From NCBI GenBank assembly GCA_022703445.1, contig JAKLDR010000003.1, positions 36,407-100,406 on the forward strand: a stretch of DNA of 64,000 bases, given 5' to 3'. A program made the translations under genes and the position numbers. Positions 17,794 through 27,163 of the stretch are shown here, in pieces; position 1 is the first letter of the stretch; each line of letters opens with the position of its first letter. Under the pieces are notes generated by a model. The model was not told where the DNA came from. It saw only the letters and a program-made list of their open reading frames with translations, and searched no databases. Source of the stretch: Planctomycetota bacterium (GTDB taxonomy: Bacteria; Planctomycetota; SZUA-567; JAKLDR01).

Positions 17794-18753
17794 TCAGCCC
17801 CTGTCGAACGGTTTCTGGCGATCGAAGTCCGGGTTCCAGTCGTCGGCCGACTCCAGCTCCTGGCGCCAGCCGTTCTCGAAGCCCAGCCGGTCGGCCTCGT
17901 CGAGGACCGCCTGGTACTCCTCCGGACGCAGGCGGCGGCCCAGGTCCGGGTCGCCGGCCACCTCCGGCGTCGGCCGGTACTGGGACATCAGCGAGAGCCA
18001 CACCGCCGGTGAGAGCTCCCTGGCAACGAGCCGCAGCGCCTCGACGGAGTTGTCCACGTGGCCGGGGATCACCAGATGCCGGACGATCATTCCGCGCATG
18101 GCCACGCCGGAGTCCGGGTCCAGCACCAACTCCGCTCCGGTGCGCACATAAAGCCCCCGGAGGGCGGTCATGGCCACCTCCGGGTAGTTGCCGGCGCCAG
18201 AGAGCCGCGCGGCCAGCTCGCCGTCCGCATACTTGAAATCCGGCAGGTAGACATCGATCAGCCCGGAAATCCCCCGCAGGCTTTCCGGGCACTCGTAGGC
18301 ATTGGTGTTCAGCACGAAGGGCACGGCGGCACCGCGCGCACGCAACGCCGCGGCCAGGGCCTCCACCTGCGGGCCCACATGCGCGGTGGACACGAAGCCC
18401 ACCCCGGATGCGCCGCCCTCGAGCAGCCGCAGGACCTCGTCGGCGGCTACGTCCAGGGATCCGATCCGCGCCGGGGAACCCGGCCGGCTGATCTGCCAGT
18501 TCTGGCAATAGACACATTTCAAATTACAGCCGGCGAAGAAGACGTTGGCAATGCCTCCCGGCCCGGAGATGGCCGGCTCTTCGCCGCGGTGCAGGCAGAT
18601 GGAGGCCACCTCGGCTCCGGCGCCGGCCCCGCATCGACCGCGCCCGCCGGAGCGGCGGTCAACGCGGCACTGCCGCGGGCAGGCCGCGCAGCTGGCCAGG
18701 CGGCCGTCGGCAGACAGCCGCAGATCGGGGCTGGGCATCGGCGTCAGGGTCAT
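17794..18753 (-). CDS. Radical SAM protein, PflX-like family
   Basis: CAACPRQCRVDR N-terminus; GCNLKCVYCQN; DVYLPDFKY; IVRHLVIPG; SLMSQYRP. Confidence 0.88.
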   Translation of the reverse strand: MTLTPMPSPDLRLSADGRLASCAACPRQCRVDRRSGGRGRCGAGAGAEVASICLHRGEEPAISGPGGIANVFFAGCNLKCVYCQNWQISRPGSPARIGSLDVAADEVLRLLEGGASGVGFVSTAHVGPQVEALAAALRARGAAVPFVLNTNAYECPESLRGISGLIDVYLPDFKYADGELAARLSGAGNYPEVAMTALRGLYVRTGAELVLDPDSGVAMRGMIVRHLVIPGHVDNSVEALRLVARELSPAVWLSLMSQYRPTPEVAGDPDLGRRLRPEEYQAVLDEADRLGFENGWRQELESADDWNPDFDRQKPFDRG

Positions 18754-18759
18754 GCCGTC

Positions 18760-18787
18760 AGGATACGGCCGCCGGCCCGGAGGTCAA
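18760..18787 (-). promoter_or_regulatory. sigma70-type promoter, probably giving a leaderless mRNA
   Basis: Minus strand TTGACC (18787-18782) - 16 nt - TATCCT (18765-18760); ATG 18753 follows 6 nt later. Confidence 0.6.
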
Positions 18788-18799
18788 AGGCAGGCGACG

Positions 18800-18870
18800 G
18801 GTTCAGGTGTCAGGTGTCAGCACGGGGCTCGGCTCTGACACCTGACACCTGACACCTGACACCTGACACC
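18800..18870. repeat. Heptamer hairpin (GTGTCAG)2 ... (CTGACAC)5
   Basis: Five perfect CTGACAC copies at 18835-18869; inverted copies at 18807-18820. Confidence 0.9.
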
Positions 18871-18883
18871 GGGGACTCCCGTC

Positions 18884-21535
18884 TTACTTCTTCGCCGCTC
18901 CCATCGCCGGCTCGAAGGTCTTCAAGCTCGCCTTCTCCAGCCGCGCGGCCAGGATCTCCTGAGAGTTCGAGTGGAAGAGGGCCAGCTTCATCCCGGGGTC
19001 GTAGGCCACGACCAGGTTGATGTCCGAGTAGGGCTTGTCGTTGACCCGCGGCTGCCCGTCGCTGCAGGGGAGCGCGAGGCCGACCCACTTCTTCCCCTCG
19101 ATGTCGTAGGCCAGGTTGCCGGTCGAGCCGCCCGAGGTCTGCCGGCCGGCCGACAAGACCATGTCCAGCTCGGGGATGTAGGCGCACCCGCGCATGTAGA
19201 TGCCCACCGGCGAGCCGGGCGACTCGGAGGTGACTTCGCCGGTCTTCATGTCGTAGCGGCACACGGGGTTGCCGCCGTTCGAGATCCACAGGCAGTCGCG
19301 CTTGGCGTCGTGGCAGACGCCGGCGGTGTCGCAGTAGGCCGACGGCAGCTTGCCCTTGACCGGCAGCTTGCTCCAGCTCTTCGCCTTGGCATCGTAGAGC
19401 TGGAGGTTGCCGTTGTAGTCCCAGTAGACGACTCCCCGGGGCGTGCCGGTCATGTTGACCTTGGTCCCGCCGCCGTTCTCCTGGAGCGGCGGGTACTCCC
19501 ACTCGCGGCGGGCCGGGTCGTAGACCCAGGTGTGGCCGCGCACGCAGTAGACCGCCTTGCCGGAGGCCTCGTCGAAGGCCGAACAGTCCCAGACGTGGGT
19601 CGGCACGGTCGGCCGGTTGCGGAAGGTCTGGTTGAAAAATGCGCAGAAGCTGGCCGCCTGGTAGGGGAACTCCTCGCCGTAACCCTGGCTCCAGGCCGCG
19701 GTGCGCAGGCTGTAGTGGGCCACGTCGGTGAAGTGGCAGACGCTGTGCCCGCCGCCGAAGGAGATCCACTGGTGGCGCCCGGTGTCGTAGAGCGCCTTGC
19801 CCCAGGGGTGCGAGTTGGCCGCCTTGGGCGGCTTGGGCAGGGCGGTCCACTGGTTGGCGGGCATCTCCTTGAGAAGCTTCCCGATGGCCTCCGGGTCGGG
19901 CTTGGCCGCCCGGTCGTAGTCGGCGGGTGTGTCGAAGACGATCCTGGCGGAGCCCGGCGCGACGCCGGCCTTGTCCGACCCGGCGTCGGCGGCGCCCGGG
20001 TCGACCTTCATGCCGCAGGTGATCCGGGCGTTCTTGTTCTTGGGATCCACTCCGGCCACGACCAGCACGTCATCGGCGCCAACGTCCCCGTAGGCGTCGA
20101 CCGGACCGTCCTTCGACGGGCCCGCCAGCTGCTTCCACTCGTTGGCGTCGAGGTCGTAAGTCCAGAGATCCTGAGGCGACGGCGCGTTGCCGTGCGGCGA
20201 GCCGTAGCCGCTGGTGAAGGCGATGGCGCCGTAGAGCACCACGCGCTTGCTCTTGGGGAGCCAGGCCATGACCTGGCCGGAACGCGGCGCGGGGGCGACC
20301 TTGGGCCAGCGCTGCTCCCAGCTGCGCGTCTTGCAGTCGTAGACCCAGGTGTCGGCCAGGTACCCGTCGAGGCGGCAGCCGCCGAAGAGGACGAGCCTGT
20401 CCTTGCCGGCGCAGGCCACCATCCCGGCCGCGGCCCGGCCGCAGGGCTCGACGTCGAGAGCCCGCTCGGCGAAGTCCGCGGTTTCGACCAGGGCCTGGCC
20501 CTCGGCCAGCGTCTCCCCGGAGATCTTGCCGCCGACCTTGCCGGCCAGCGCCTTGAAGCCGGCCGCGACCTTCTCCAGCATCGGCAGCGCCGCCTTGGGC
20601 GCGCCGGCCTCGCCTCCGGACAGCTTGGCCGCGCCAAGCTTGCCAGCGAGCTTCTCGGCGGCGGCGGCAACCGCGTTGGCCGCGGCGGCTAGGTCCGCCT
20701 TGGCCTCGGCCTCGTTCTCGGTGACGTGGTAGCGGTTGCGACAGGCGTTGAGGCACGCGGACGCGGAGGCCAGGAGCGCGCCGGCCTCGGCGTTGAGATC
20801 CTTCATCTCCTTGGAGCCGGGCGAGAGCTTCTTCCATTCCTTGCCGGCGGGCGAGAAGGTCCAGGTCCCGGGCGTGCCGCCGGCCTCGTCGCTGGTGCCG
20901 CCGATGGAGACGATCTCCTTGTTGACCGGGTCCCAGGCCATGGTCCCGTAGATCAGCCAGCAGTTGGTGCTCTTGCTGAACTTCGGCACTTTGAGATTCG
21001 TCCAGACGCCGGTCTTGGGGTCCAACGTCAGGGTGGCGTCGAAGTGGTAGGCGTAGAGCTTGCCGTCGTCCGGGTTGTAGGCCCACTGGCGGAAGAGCCC
21101 CGGATCCCACTCGTAGGGGTTGTACCCGCGCACGATGCGCATCACGCCGTCCTTGGCGGCCTTGAGCGGGACGTCCCGGCGATCGAAGCCGGCGAACTGG
21201 CCGTCGGAGGGGCCGCTCTCGGCCTTGCCGGCCGAGCCCGGCGGATAGACGTTGGTCCACTTGCCGGCGGCCGGATCGAAGTGCTCGGTGTCCTCGTGGG
21301 CGGTCTTCTTCGCGCTGCCGCCGGCGACCACGAACCGGCCCAGCGCCGGATCGTGGAAGAAGGCCGGCCAATCGCGGGCCCCGGTGGCCTCCTGGGACAG
21401 CTTAACCCAGGTGTTCGCCGGAGCGGACTTCAGGGCCGGGTTGTCGGCCGCGCCTCCGCCGTCCGCCGCGCGTGCCGCCTGCATCGCGGCCAGCAACACC
21501 GCCATGACCAGTAGGGGATGTGATTGCGACCTCAT
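18884..21535 (-). CDS. Secreted kelch-like beta-propeller protein with a helical insert
   Basis: GGAGG upstream; signal peptide; MAWDPVNKEIVSIGG, LVLFGG...LADTWVYD, PAPRSGQVMAW repeats. Confidence 0.75.
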   Translation of the reverse strand: MRSQSHPLLVMAVLLAAMQAARAADGGGAADNPALKSAPANTWVKLSQEATGARDWPAFFHDPALGRFVVAGGSAKKTAHEDTEHFDPAAGKWTNVYPPGSAGKAESGPSDGQFAGFDRRDVPLKAAKDGVMRIVRGYNPYEWDPGLFRQWAYNPDDGKLYAYHFDATLTLDPKTGVWTNLKVPKFSKSTNCWLIYGTMAWDPVNKEIVSIGGTSDEAGGTPGTWTFSPAGKEWKKLSPGSKEMKDLNAEAGALLASASACLNACRNRYHVTENEAEAKADLAAAANAVAAAAEKLAGKLGAAKLSGGEAGAPKAALPMLEKVAAGFKALAGKVGGKISGETLAEGQALVETADFAERALDVEPCGRAAAGMVACAGKDRLVLFGGCRLDGYLADTWVYDCKTRSWEQRWPKVAPAPRSGQVMAWLPKSKRVVLYGAIAFTSGYGSPHGNAPSPQDLWTYDLDANEWKQLAGPSKDGPVDAYGDVGADDVLVVAGVDPKNKNARITCGMKVDPGAADAGSDKAGVAPGSARIVFDTPADYDRAAKPDPEAIGKLLKEMPANQWTALPKPPKAANSHPWGKALYDTGRHQWISFGGGHSVCHFTDVAHYSLRTAAWSQGYGEEFPYQAASFCAFFNQTFRNRPTVPTHVWDCSAFDEASGKAVYCVRGHTWVYDPARREWEYPPLQENGGGTKVNMTGTPRGVVYWDYNGNLQLYDAKAKSWSKLPVKGKLPSAYCDTAGVCHDAKRDCLWISNGGNPVCRYDMKTGEVTSESPGSPVGIYMRGCAYIPELDMVLSAGRQTSGGSTGNLAYDIEGKKWVGLALPCSDGQPRVNDKPYSDINLVVAYDPGMKLALFHSNSQEILAARLEKASLKTFEPAMGAAKK

Positions 21536-21609
21536 GTCTTTGTCCCTCCAAAACAACTTCCGTTGGCAGGGCAGGCAGAAGATTGCCTGCTTCGGCTCCC
21601 GTCGCAGCC

Positions 21610-24279
21610 TCAGCGCGCCCCCCCGATGGCCGCCCCGACTTCCCCGGCTACGACCAACAGCCGTGCGTCAGCTTCAGAGCGCCCCACCTCCCAGCGCCGG
21701 ATGACGGCCTCGGAGCGCGCGTCGAGCAGCCGGTTGACCCGCTGCTCCAGGTCGCCGCTGAGCCGCTTCTCCTCTATCGCCCGCTGCAGGAAGATGAGGG
21801 CCTCGGCGAGCTGCACGCCCTCGCGGAGCATCTCGAAGCGCTCGGTGGCGATGGCCCCGGCCTCGCCGGGGGCCAGTATGGCCCGGGTGCTGTTGTTCGG
21901 GCCGCCGGTCCCGCGGCCGCAGCCGACGGAGTAGAACCGCCCATTGGCGCCCTTGATCGGGAAGAAGTCGGCGCCGAAGTCGCTCAGCCCGTCGTGTCCG
22001 CGCATGATTTCGCTCTCGGGAATGTCGCGCAGCACGGTCAGCTCCGAGTTGTCGTAGAAGCCGTTGCGGAAGGTGTAGCAGCAGAAGCCCGGGCGCGGCT
22101 TGAGCAGCGCCCGGTACCCCCGGGGAGCCACCGGGCCGGCAGTCCAGACGGCGTCCGCCTGGCGCACCGGCATGGAGACGTCCTTCTCCGACGAGACGAA
22201 GCGCATCCCCAGGGTCCCATTGTGCGCGGTGTAGCTCCACTGCGCGTCAGGCCAGATCTTCCGGCAGACATCCACGACCCGCGGGTCCGGCGGGTAGCAG
22301 TAGCTGTTGTGGCCCACAGCCGTCACGTCCCACCACCCGCGCGCCTCGATTCGCTTACGGACCTCGTCGAGCACCGGCTTCCAGAACTTCAGGCTCTCAT
22401 CCGTGCCGGGCATGGGCTGCTCCAGGGACTCGAGCTTGCCCGAAGCCGGGTCGAGCACGGTGACCGGCATGCGGTCGTTGCAGACCATCTGGCCGTTCTT
22501 CATCTTGATCCCGGGCCAGCAATTGACCCGCAGCAGGGTCGGCTTGCCGATGGTCTTGGTGACGAGGTCCATGTACTTGTCGAAGGCGCCGAAGTCGTAC
22601 CGGAATGAGCCGTCCGGCTGCCGGACCCAGCGGACCAGCGACTGCTCGTTGCTGCAGTCCGCCCGGTTCTCGCTGTAGAAGTTGACGGCCAGGTTGACGG
22701 CGACCTGTCGCGAGTTGATCTCGGCCATCAGCTCCAGGGACTTGGCCATCAGCGCCAGGTGCCGGTCGCTCCAGAGTTCGGCGCCGTAGTGCTTGGCGAT
22801 CGCGTCCTCGGAGAGGAGGGCGAAGTTGTGAGTCCGGAAGTCCCGGGGATCGGGCAGGCACCAGGCGGAGACCTCGACCCGCAGCGGAACGGTAGTGGGC
22901 GCCAGGCCCTGGGCGGAGACGGTCACGGAGCCCTCGTAGCGTCCGGGCTGCGCGTCCTTCGGGACCCGCACGCTGAACCAGAGCGGGGCCAGCGCCCCGC
23001 AGGTGCCCCGGAAGCCGGCGCCACGGCGCTCCCGGGGCACAGGGGCGTTGACCACGGCGATCTCGGCGGGGACGGCATCGAGGAGGCCGTCGAAGCGGTG
23101 CGGCGGCGCCCAGGACTTGCCGGTCTCGGCCGGAGCGGCATAGCGCACGCGCACCGCGGCGGCCGGGATGCTCGCGCCGCCCCCGCCAGGCCCCGAGCCG
23201 GTCGACGGGACTCGGACCAGCTCGGAGACCTGCACCTTGAGGCCCCTGATGGCCCGGTCCGAGCTGACCACCAGCCGGCCCGAGAAGACGCCGTTCCTGG
23301 CGGCCGCCACCTCGATGGGCAGAGGCCGGCCCGGATCGCCGTAGTCGAAGGCGGTCACCGTCTCGTAGGCGGCCACGTTCCAGACCTGGATGCCGCCGGG
23401 GCGTCCGATGTTGGGCGTCGCGCCGCCGCCGGGTGCGGTCAGGCTGATGCTCTTGAGGCCGGCGTAGGCCCACATGCCCGGAACGGTGCCCATCCCGCTG
23501 CCCGCGCGGGCGGCGCGCCGGGCGGCTATGGCCGGCTCGTTTATCGCCGCCCGATGAATCCGGACGGCCAGGACGTTGCCCCCCTTGACCAGGAGCCTGG
23601 CGGGAACGGTTACGTCGGTCAGCCGGCGGTAGCGGCGCTCGAAGCCGGCGGGATTCCTGGCCGGATCCTGCAGATAGGTGCCGTCGGCCTCGCAGTGCAG
23701 GTCGTCGGGGTACTTCTCGGCCAGGGTGTCGACCTTGAGCTCTCCAGCCGGCAGGTGGCCGCGGGTCAACTCCTGGCCGTTGACGTAGACCGCTGCACCA
23801 CCTACGTACTCGAGCGAGAGCTTCAGGTCCCCGGCTTTCTCCGGGTCTTCGGCCATGAACTTCCAGCGCAGGCAGATGATCGAGTTGGGCGCCGCGGTGT
23901 AGCGCGCAGCCTGGCTGTGGCCGGTGGCGCTTCCCGGGGCCAACTCCACCGGAGGGTTCTGGCGCTCCCAGCAGGAGTCGTCGAACTCGGGCTTCATCCA
24001 GCCGTCGGGGGGCGGCGGCGACTGGTAGGTTTCCAGCGGCTTGGGGTCCTTGCCGACCGGCTCGAGGGGAACACTGAGCTTGCCGTCCCGGGCGATGCAG
24101 ACGGGTGTCCGGAAGACCAGATAGGAGCGCAGGTAGCTGTCGTTGCTCAGGACGGTCGCTCCGGCCGACGCCGGGACCGCCTTGTCCTCCGCGGACCGCG
24201 CCGGCGGAGCGGCCGCCAACAGCGCTGCGGCCAGGACCACCCGCACGACGAGGTAGCAGATGCGTCTGAACTCGGTCAT
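21610..24279 (-). CDS. Secreted GH123/DUF4091-like protein, paralog 3 (jelly-roll domain plus barrel)
   Basis: GGAGGG RBS; signal peptide; GGAAVYVNGQELTRGHLPAG, PLWFSVRVPKDAQPGRYEGSVTV, TERFEMLREGVQLAE. Confidence 0.7.
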   Translation of the reverse strand: MTEFRRICYLVVRVVLAAALLAAAPPARSAEDKAVPASAGATVLSNDSYLRSYLVFRTPVCIARDGKLSVPLEPVGKDPKPLETYQSPPPPDGWMKPEFDDSCWERQNPPVELAPGSATGHSQAARYTAAPNSIICLRWKFMAEDPEKAGDLKLSLEYVGGAAVYVNGQELTRGHLPAGELKVDTLAEKYPDDLHCEADGTYLQDPARNPAGFERRYRRLTDVTVPARLLVKGGNVLAVRIHRAAINEPAIAARRAARAGSGMGTVPGMWAYAGLKSISLTAPGGGATPNIGRPGGIQVWNVAAYETVTAFDYGDPGRPLPIEVAAARNGVFSGRLVVSSDRAIRGLKVQVSELVRVPSTGSGPGGGGASIPAAAVRVRYAAPAETGKSWAPPHRFDGLLDAVPAEIAVVNAPVPRERRGAGFRGTCGALAPLWFSVRVPKDAQPGRYEGSVTVSAQGLAPTTVPLRVEVSAWCLPDPRDFRTHNFALLSEDAIAKHYGAELWSDRHLALMAKSLELMAEINSRQVAVNLAVNFYSENRADCSNEQSLVRWVRQPDGSFRYDFGAFDKYMDLVTKTIGKPTLLRVNCWPGIKMKNGQMVCNDRMPVTVLDPASGKLESLEQPMPGTDESLKFWKPVLDEVRKRIEARGWWDVTAVGHNSYCYPPDPRVVDVCRKIWPDAQWSYTAHNGTLGMRFVSSEKDVSMPVRQADAVWTAGPVAPRGYRALLKPRPGFCCYTFRNGFYDNSELTVLRDIPESEIMRGHDGLSDFGADFFPIKGANGRFYSVGCGRGTGGPNNSTRAILAPGEAGAIATERFEMLREGVQLAEALIFLQRAIEEKRLSGDLEQRVNRLLDARSEAVIRRWEVGRSEADARLLVVAGEVGAAIGGAR

Positions 24280-24293
24280 CGCGCCCTCCGCTC

Positions 24294-27149
24294 TCACTTG
24301 GCGTCAGAGCCTGTAAAGAACCTGGCACGCTCCTCGGCGCCCGGCGCCTTGCCGCCCGCGGCGGCCGCCGCCGCGGCGTAGAGATCCCAGCTCCGCTCCT
24401 GCCAGCCGCCGCAGTACTCGCCGATGCGCGTCGAGGGCGAGCCCGGCGGCAGTATCAGGGTCTCCTCAATGCGCCGGTCGAGCATGGCCTGGGCGGCGCG
24501 ACCGGGCCCGGTCTGGCCCCAGGCCTCCTCCAGCTTGCGCTCCAGGAAGATGCGCGCTTCGGTCTCCTGTACGCCCTCGACCAGACACTCGAAGCGGGCG
24601 GTGCTCTCCGCGCCCTCCGGCCCGGGGCCGAGCACGGAGTTGACCGTGGCCCCGACGTGGCCGCCCTTATAGATGCCCGCCCAGTAATCCGCGCCCATCC
24701 GGCCGATGCCTCGAACCCCGGCCAATTCCGCCCGCTCCGGCGCGATCCGGAAGCAGAACGGCACCGAGTCGGTGTACAGCGTTATCGCCGAGCTCAGCAC
24801 CCGCGGGAAGACCAGGCGCATCGCCGGGTTCTTCCAGCCGCGGTTGCCGCAGACGACCCAGCGGCCTGTCGCCTTGTCCTTGGCCAGGGGCTCGCGCAAG
24901 TCGTAGATGCTGGTGACCAGCGTGAAGGGATCCTTGGCGGCCTTGTTCATGCCCTTGGAGTGAGCGTGGCAGCCGCGGGCCCAGCCGACCTCGGGGGCCA
25001 CCTCGCCGAAAGCCTTGACCATCCCGAAGAAGTTGGCGTCGAGCCCGTCCCACGGGTAGCCCCAGCACCCGGCTTTCTCCAGACCGCGCTTCTTGAGAAC
25101 CTCGACGAAGCCTTTGGCGAACGGCTCCAGCACCTTCTTCGCGTCGGGGGAATCGAGGGCCGGCAGATCGACCCCTTCGGTCTTGCCGGAGGACTCATCC
25201 CGGGCCAGAACCCGCAGCTTGACGATGTTGGACGCGCCGTAGAAGGGGTCGTTGTAGACCACCGCGCAGACCGCCCGGGGCGTGCAGCCGGCCTTGAGCG
25301 CGACGTCCAGGTACTTCTCGAGCCGGGAGAGATCGCAGCCCCAGCTGCCGTCGGCCTTCTTCACGAATACGACCGGCGAGTCCTGGTTGTTGCCGAACTC
25401 CGAGCCCATGGCCACCGGCACGATCACGATGGCGTTGTTGACGCGCGAGAGCTGCCGGAAGCTCGCGGTCATCAGCTTGAGGTGCTCGTCGGACCAGGCC
25501 GCGACCTTGTACTGCTTGGCCACTCCGTAGGGCGACTGCTCCAGCGCCACCACCGTCTCGAACTTCTGCGGCTCGGGCAGCGTCCAGTCCATGACCTGGA
25601 GGCGCAGCGGCACGCGGACCTCCTCGGCCCCGGCCTTGAGGGCGAGCGCGCCGGAGTACTCGCCCGGCGCGGCGTCGCGCGGCACGGCCACGGTGACCCA
25701 CACCGGCTGGCAGCTGCCGGCCGGGACGGACGCGGGCGCGGCGGCGCCGAGCTGGTCGAAGACCAGGGTTTCGGCGGCGGTCTTGGCGTTGGCCGCCTTG
25801 TCGAGAAGCAGACGGTTGCCGGCCAGGCGCTGCAGCTCCAGCGTGATGTTCGCGCTCTGTCCGGACTCGGTATCGAAGTTGTTCAGGCCCGCGGTGGGCA
25901 CCGGCGTGGACAGGGGCAGCCCCCGGGCGAAGCGGACGGAGACGGCCGCCGCCGGGATCTTCCCTCCGCCGGCCGAGGTCAGCTCGGTGACCGAGGCGGA
26001 GAGGCCGTTGATCGCCTTGTCGGTGCCGAGCACCACCTGCCCGGAATAGGTCCCGCCGCGCGCCCCGACCAGCCGCACCGGACTGGCCGCGGCGCTGCCG
26101 CTGGGGCCGAACTCGGGAGAGAGGTAACGGCGGTGCAGGTCGTCGGACCAGGCCTGCAGTCCGGCCGGCCGGCCCTCCAGAGCCACCGCGCCCGGCGGGT
26201 CGACGGCCGCATCCATCTCGAGCAGGCCCCCGTGCAGCCAGGAGTAGCCGCCCATCGAGTCCCAGACGTCGCCCAGGCGCTTGCGGTCGGTAACGATGGC
26301 GTTGAGGTCGCTGCGGTGGACCTCCACCGCCACGACGTTGACGCCCTTCCGGAGGAGACCGGCCGGGACCTCTAGCGGCCCGAGCGTCCGGTTGCGCAGC
26401 TTGAAGAGCTCGTCCCATTCCGGCCTGGTGATCTGGTAGTTGCCGCCGTTCCACCAGGAGTGGTAGCCGATGGCCTCGGGGTTGGACTTGTTCTTGACCG
26501 GCTCGCCGGTGCGGTAGTCGCCCTTGCCCCAGGCCCGGGAGAACTCCGGCAGCGGCCGGCCCTGGAGCGTGTATGCCTCGGCGGGGTAGACCACTCCGCC
26601 GACGTCGGCCGCCACCTTGCCGGCCGGGAGATGGCCGCGGCCGATCTCCTGGCCGTTGACGTAGACGACCGCACCGCCGCGATAGGCGAGCCTGATGGTC
26701 AGGCGCTTGACCTTGGCCGGATCGTCGACCAGCAGCTGCTGGCGGAAGCAGGACAGGCCCACGCCGTGCGAAGGCGCGCAGCCCTCGGAGCTGAAGCAGG
26801 GCGGCCGCGGGTGGCCGGCGGTGAAGGGCAGGCGCGCGCGCTGCCAGGCGGAGTCGTTGAACTCTGCAGCGGCCCAGTCCGCCGGCGGCGGCGCCGATTT
26901 GATGAGCAGGGTAAGCGGCGACCTCTCGCCGTGCCCCGAGTATACGAACTCGTAGCAGCCGGTGTCTTTGCCGGTCGCCGCGGGGGCCGCCGGATCGGCC
27001 GCCAGCCGCGCCGGCGAGAGCATGAAGTAGTGCCGCCAGTAGCCGGCCATCAGGTCGAGGTTGCCGGCGGCTGCCGGGGGCTCACCGGCCGGGGCCGTGG
27101 CGCACAACAGCGAGCAGAAGAGCCCGGTGATCGCGATGCGTCCGAACAT
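24294..27149 (-). CDS. Secreted GH123/DUF4091-like protein, paralog 2
   Basis: Start at MFGRIAITG with RBS and signal peptide; QPVWVTVAVPRDAAPGEYSG, TARFECLVEGVQETE. Confidence 0.7.
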   Translation of the reverse strand: MFGRIAITGLFCSLLCATAPAGEPPAAAGNLDLMAGYWRHYFMLSPARLAADPAAPAATGKDTGCYEFVYSGHGERSPLTLLIKSAPPPADWAAAEFNDSAWQRARLPFTAGHPRPPCFSSEGCAPSHGVGLSCFRQQLLVDDPAKVKRLTIRLAYRGGAVVYVNGQEIGRGHLPAGKVAADVGGVVYPAEAYTLQGRPLPEFSRAWGKGDYRTGEPVKNKSNPEAIGYHSWWNGGNYQITRPEWDELFKLRNRTLGPLEVPAGLLRKGVNVVAVEVHRSDLNAIVTDRKRLGDVWDSMGGYSWLHGGLLEMDAAVDPPGAVALEGRPAGLQAWSDDLHRRYLSPEFGPSGSAAASPVRLVGARGGTYSGQVVLGTDKAINGLSASVTELTSAGGGKIPAAAVSVRFARGLPLSTPVPTAGLNNFDTESGQSANITLELQRLAGNRLLLDKAANAKTAAETLVFDQLGAAAPASVPAGSCQPVWVTVAVPRDAAPGEYSGALALKAGAEEVRVPLRLQVMDWTLPEPQKFETVVALEQSPYGVAKQYKVAAWSDEHLKLMTASFRQLSRVNNAIVIVPVAMGSEFGNNQDSPVVFVKKADGSWGCDLSRLEKYLDVALKAGCTPRAVCAVVYNDPFYGASNIVKLRVLARDESSGKTEGVDLPALDSPDAKKVLEPFAKGFVEVLKKRGLEKAGCWGYPWDGLDANFFGMVKAFGEVAPEVGWARGCHAHSKGMNKAAKDPFTLVTSIYDLREPLAKDKATGRWVVCGNRGWKNPAMRLVFPRVLSSAITLYTDSVPFCFRIAPERAELAGVRGIGRMGADYWAGIYKGGHVGATVNSVLGPGPEGAESTARFECLVEGVQETEARIFLERKLEEAWGQTGPGRAAQAMLDRRIEETLILPPGSPSTRIGEYCGGWQERSWDLYAAAAAAAGGKAPGAEERARFFTGSDAK

Positions 27150-27163
27150 GGTCACTCCCCCCG

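Noticed and set aside
18835-18869. CTGACAC array as a CRISPR
   Set aside because: 7-bp units are directly adjacent with no spacers, and no cas genes are present.
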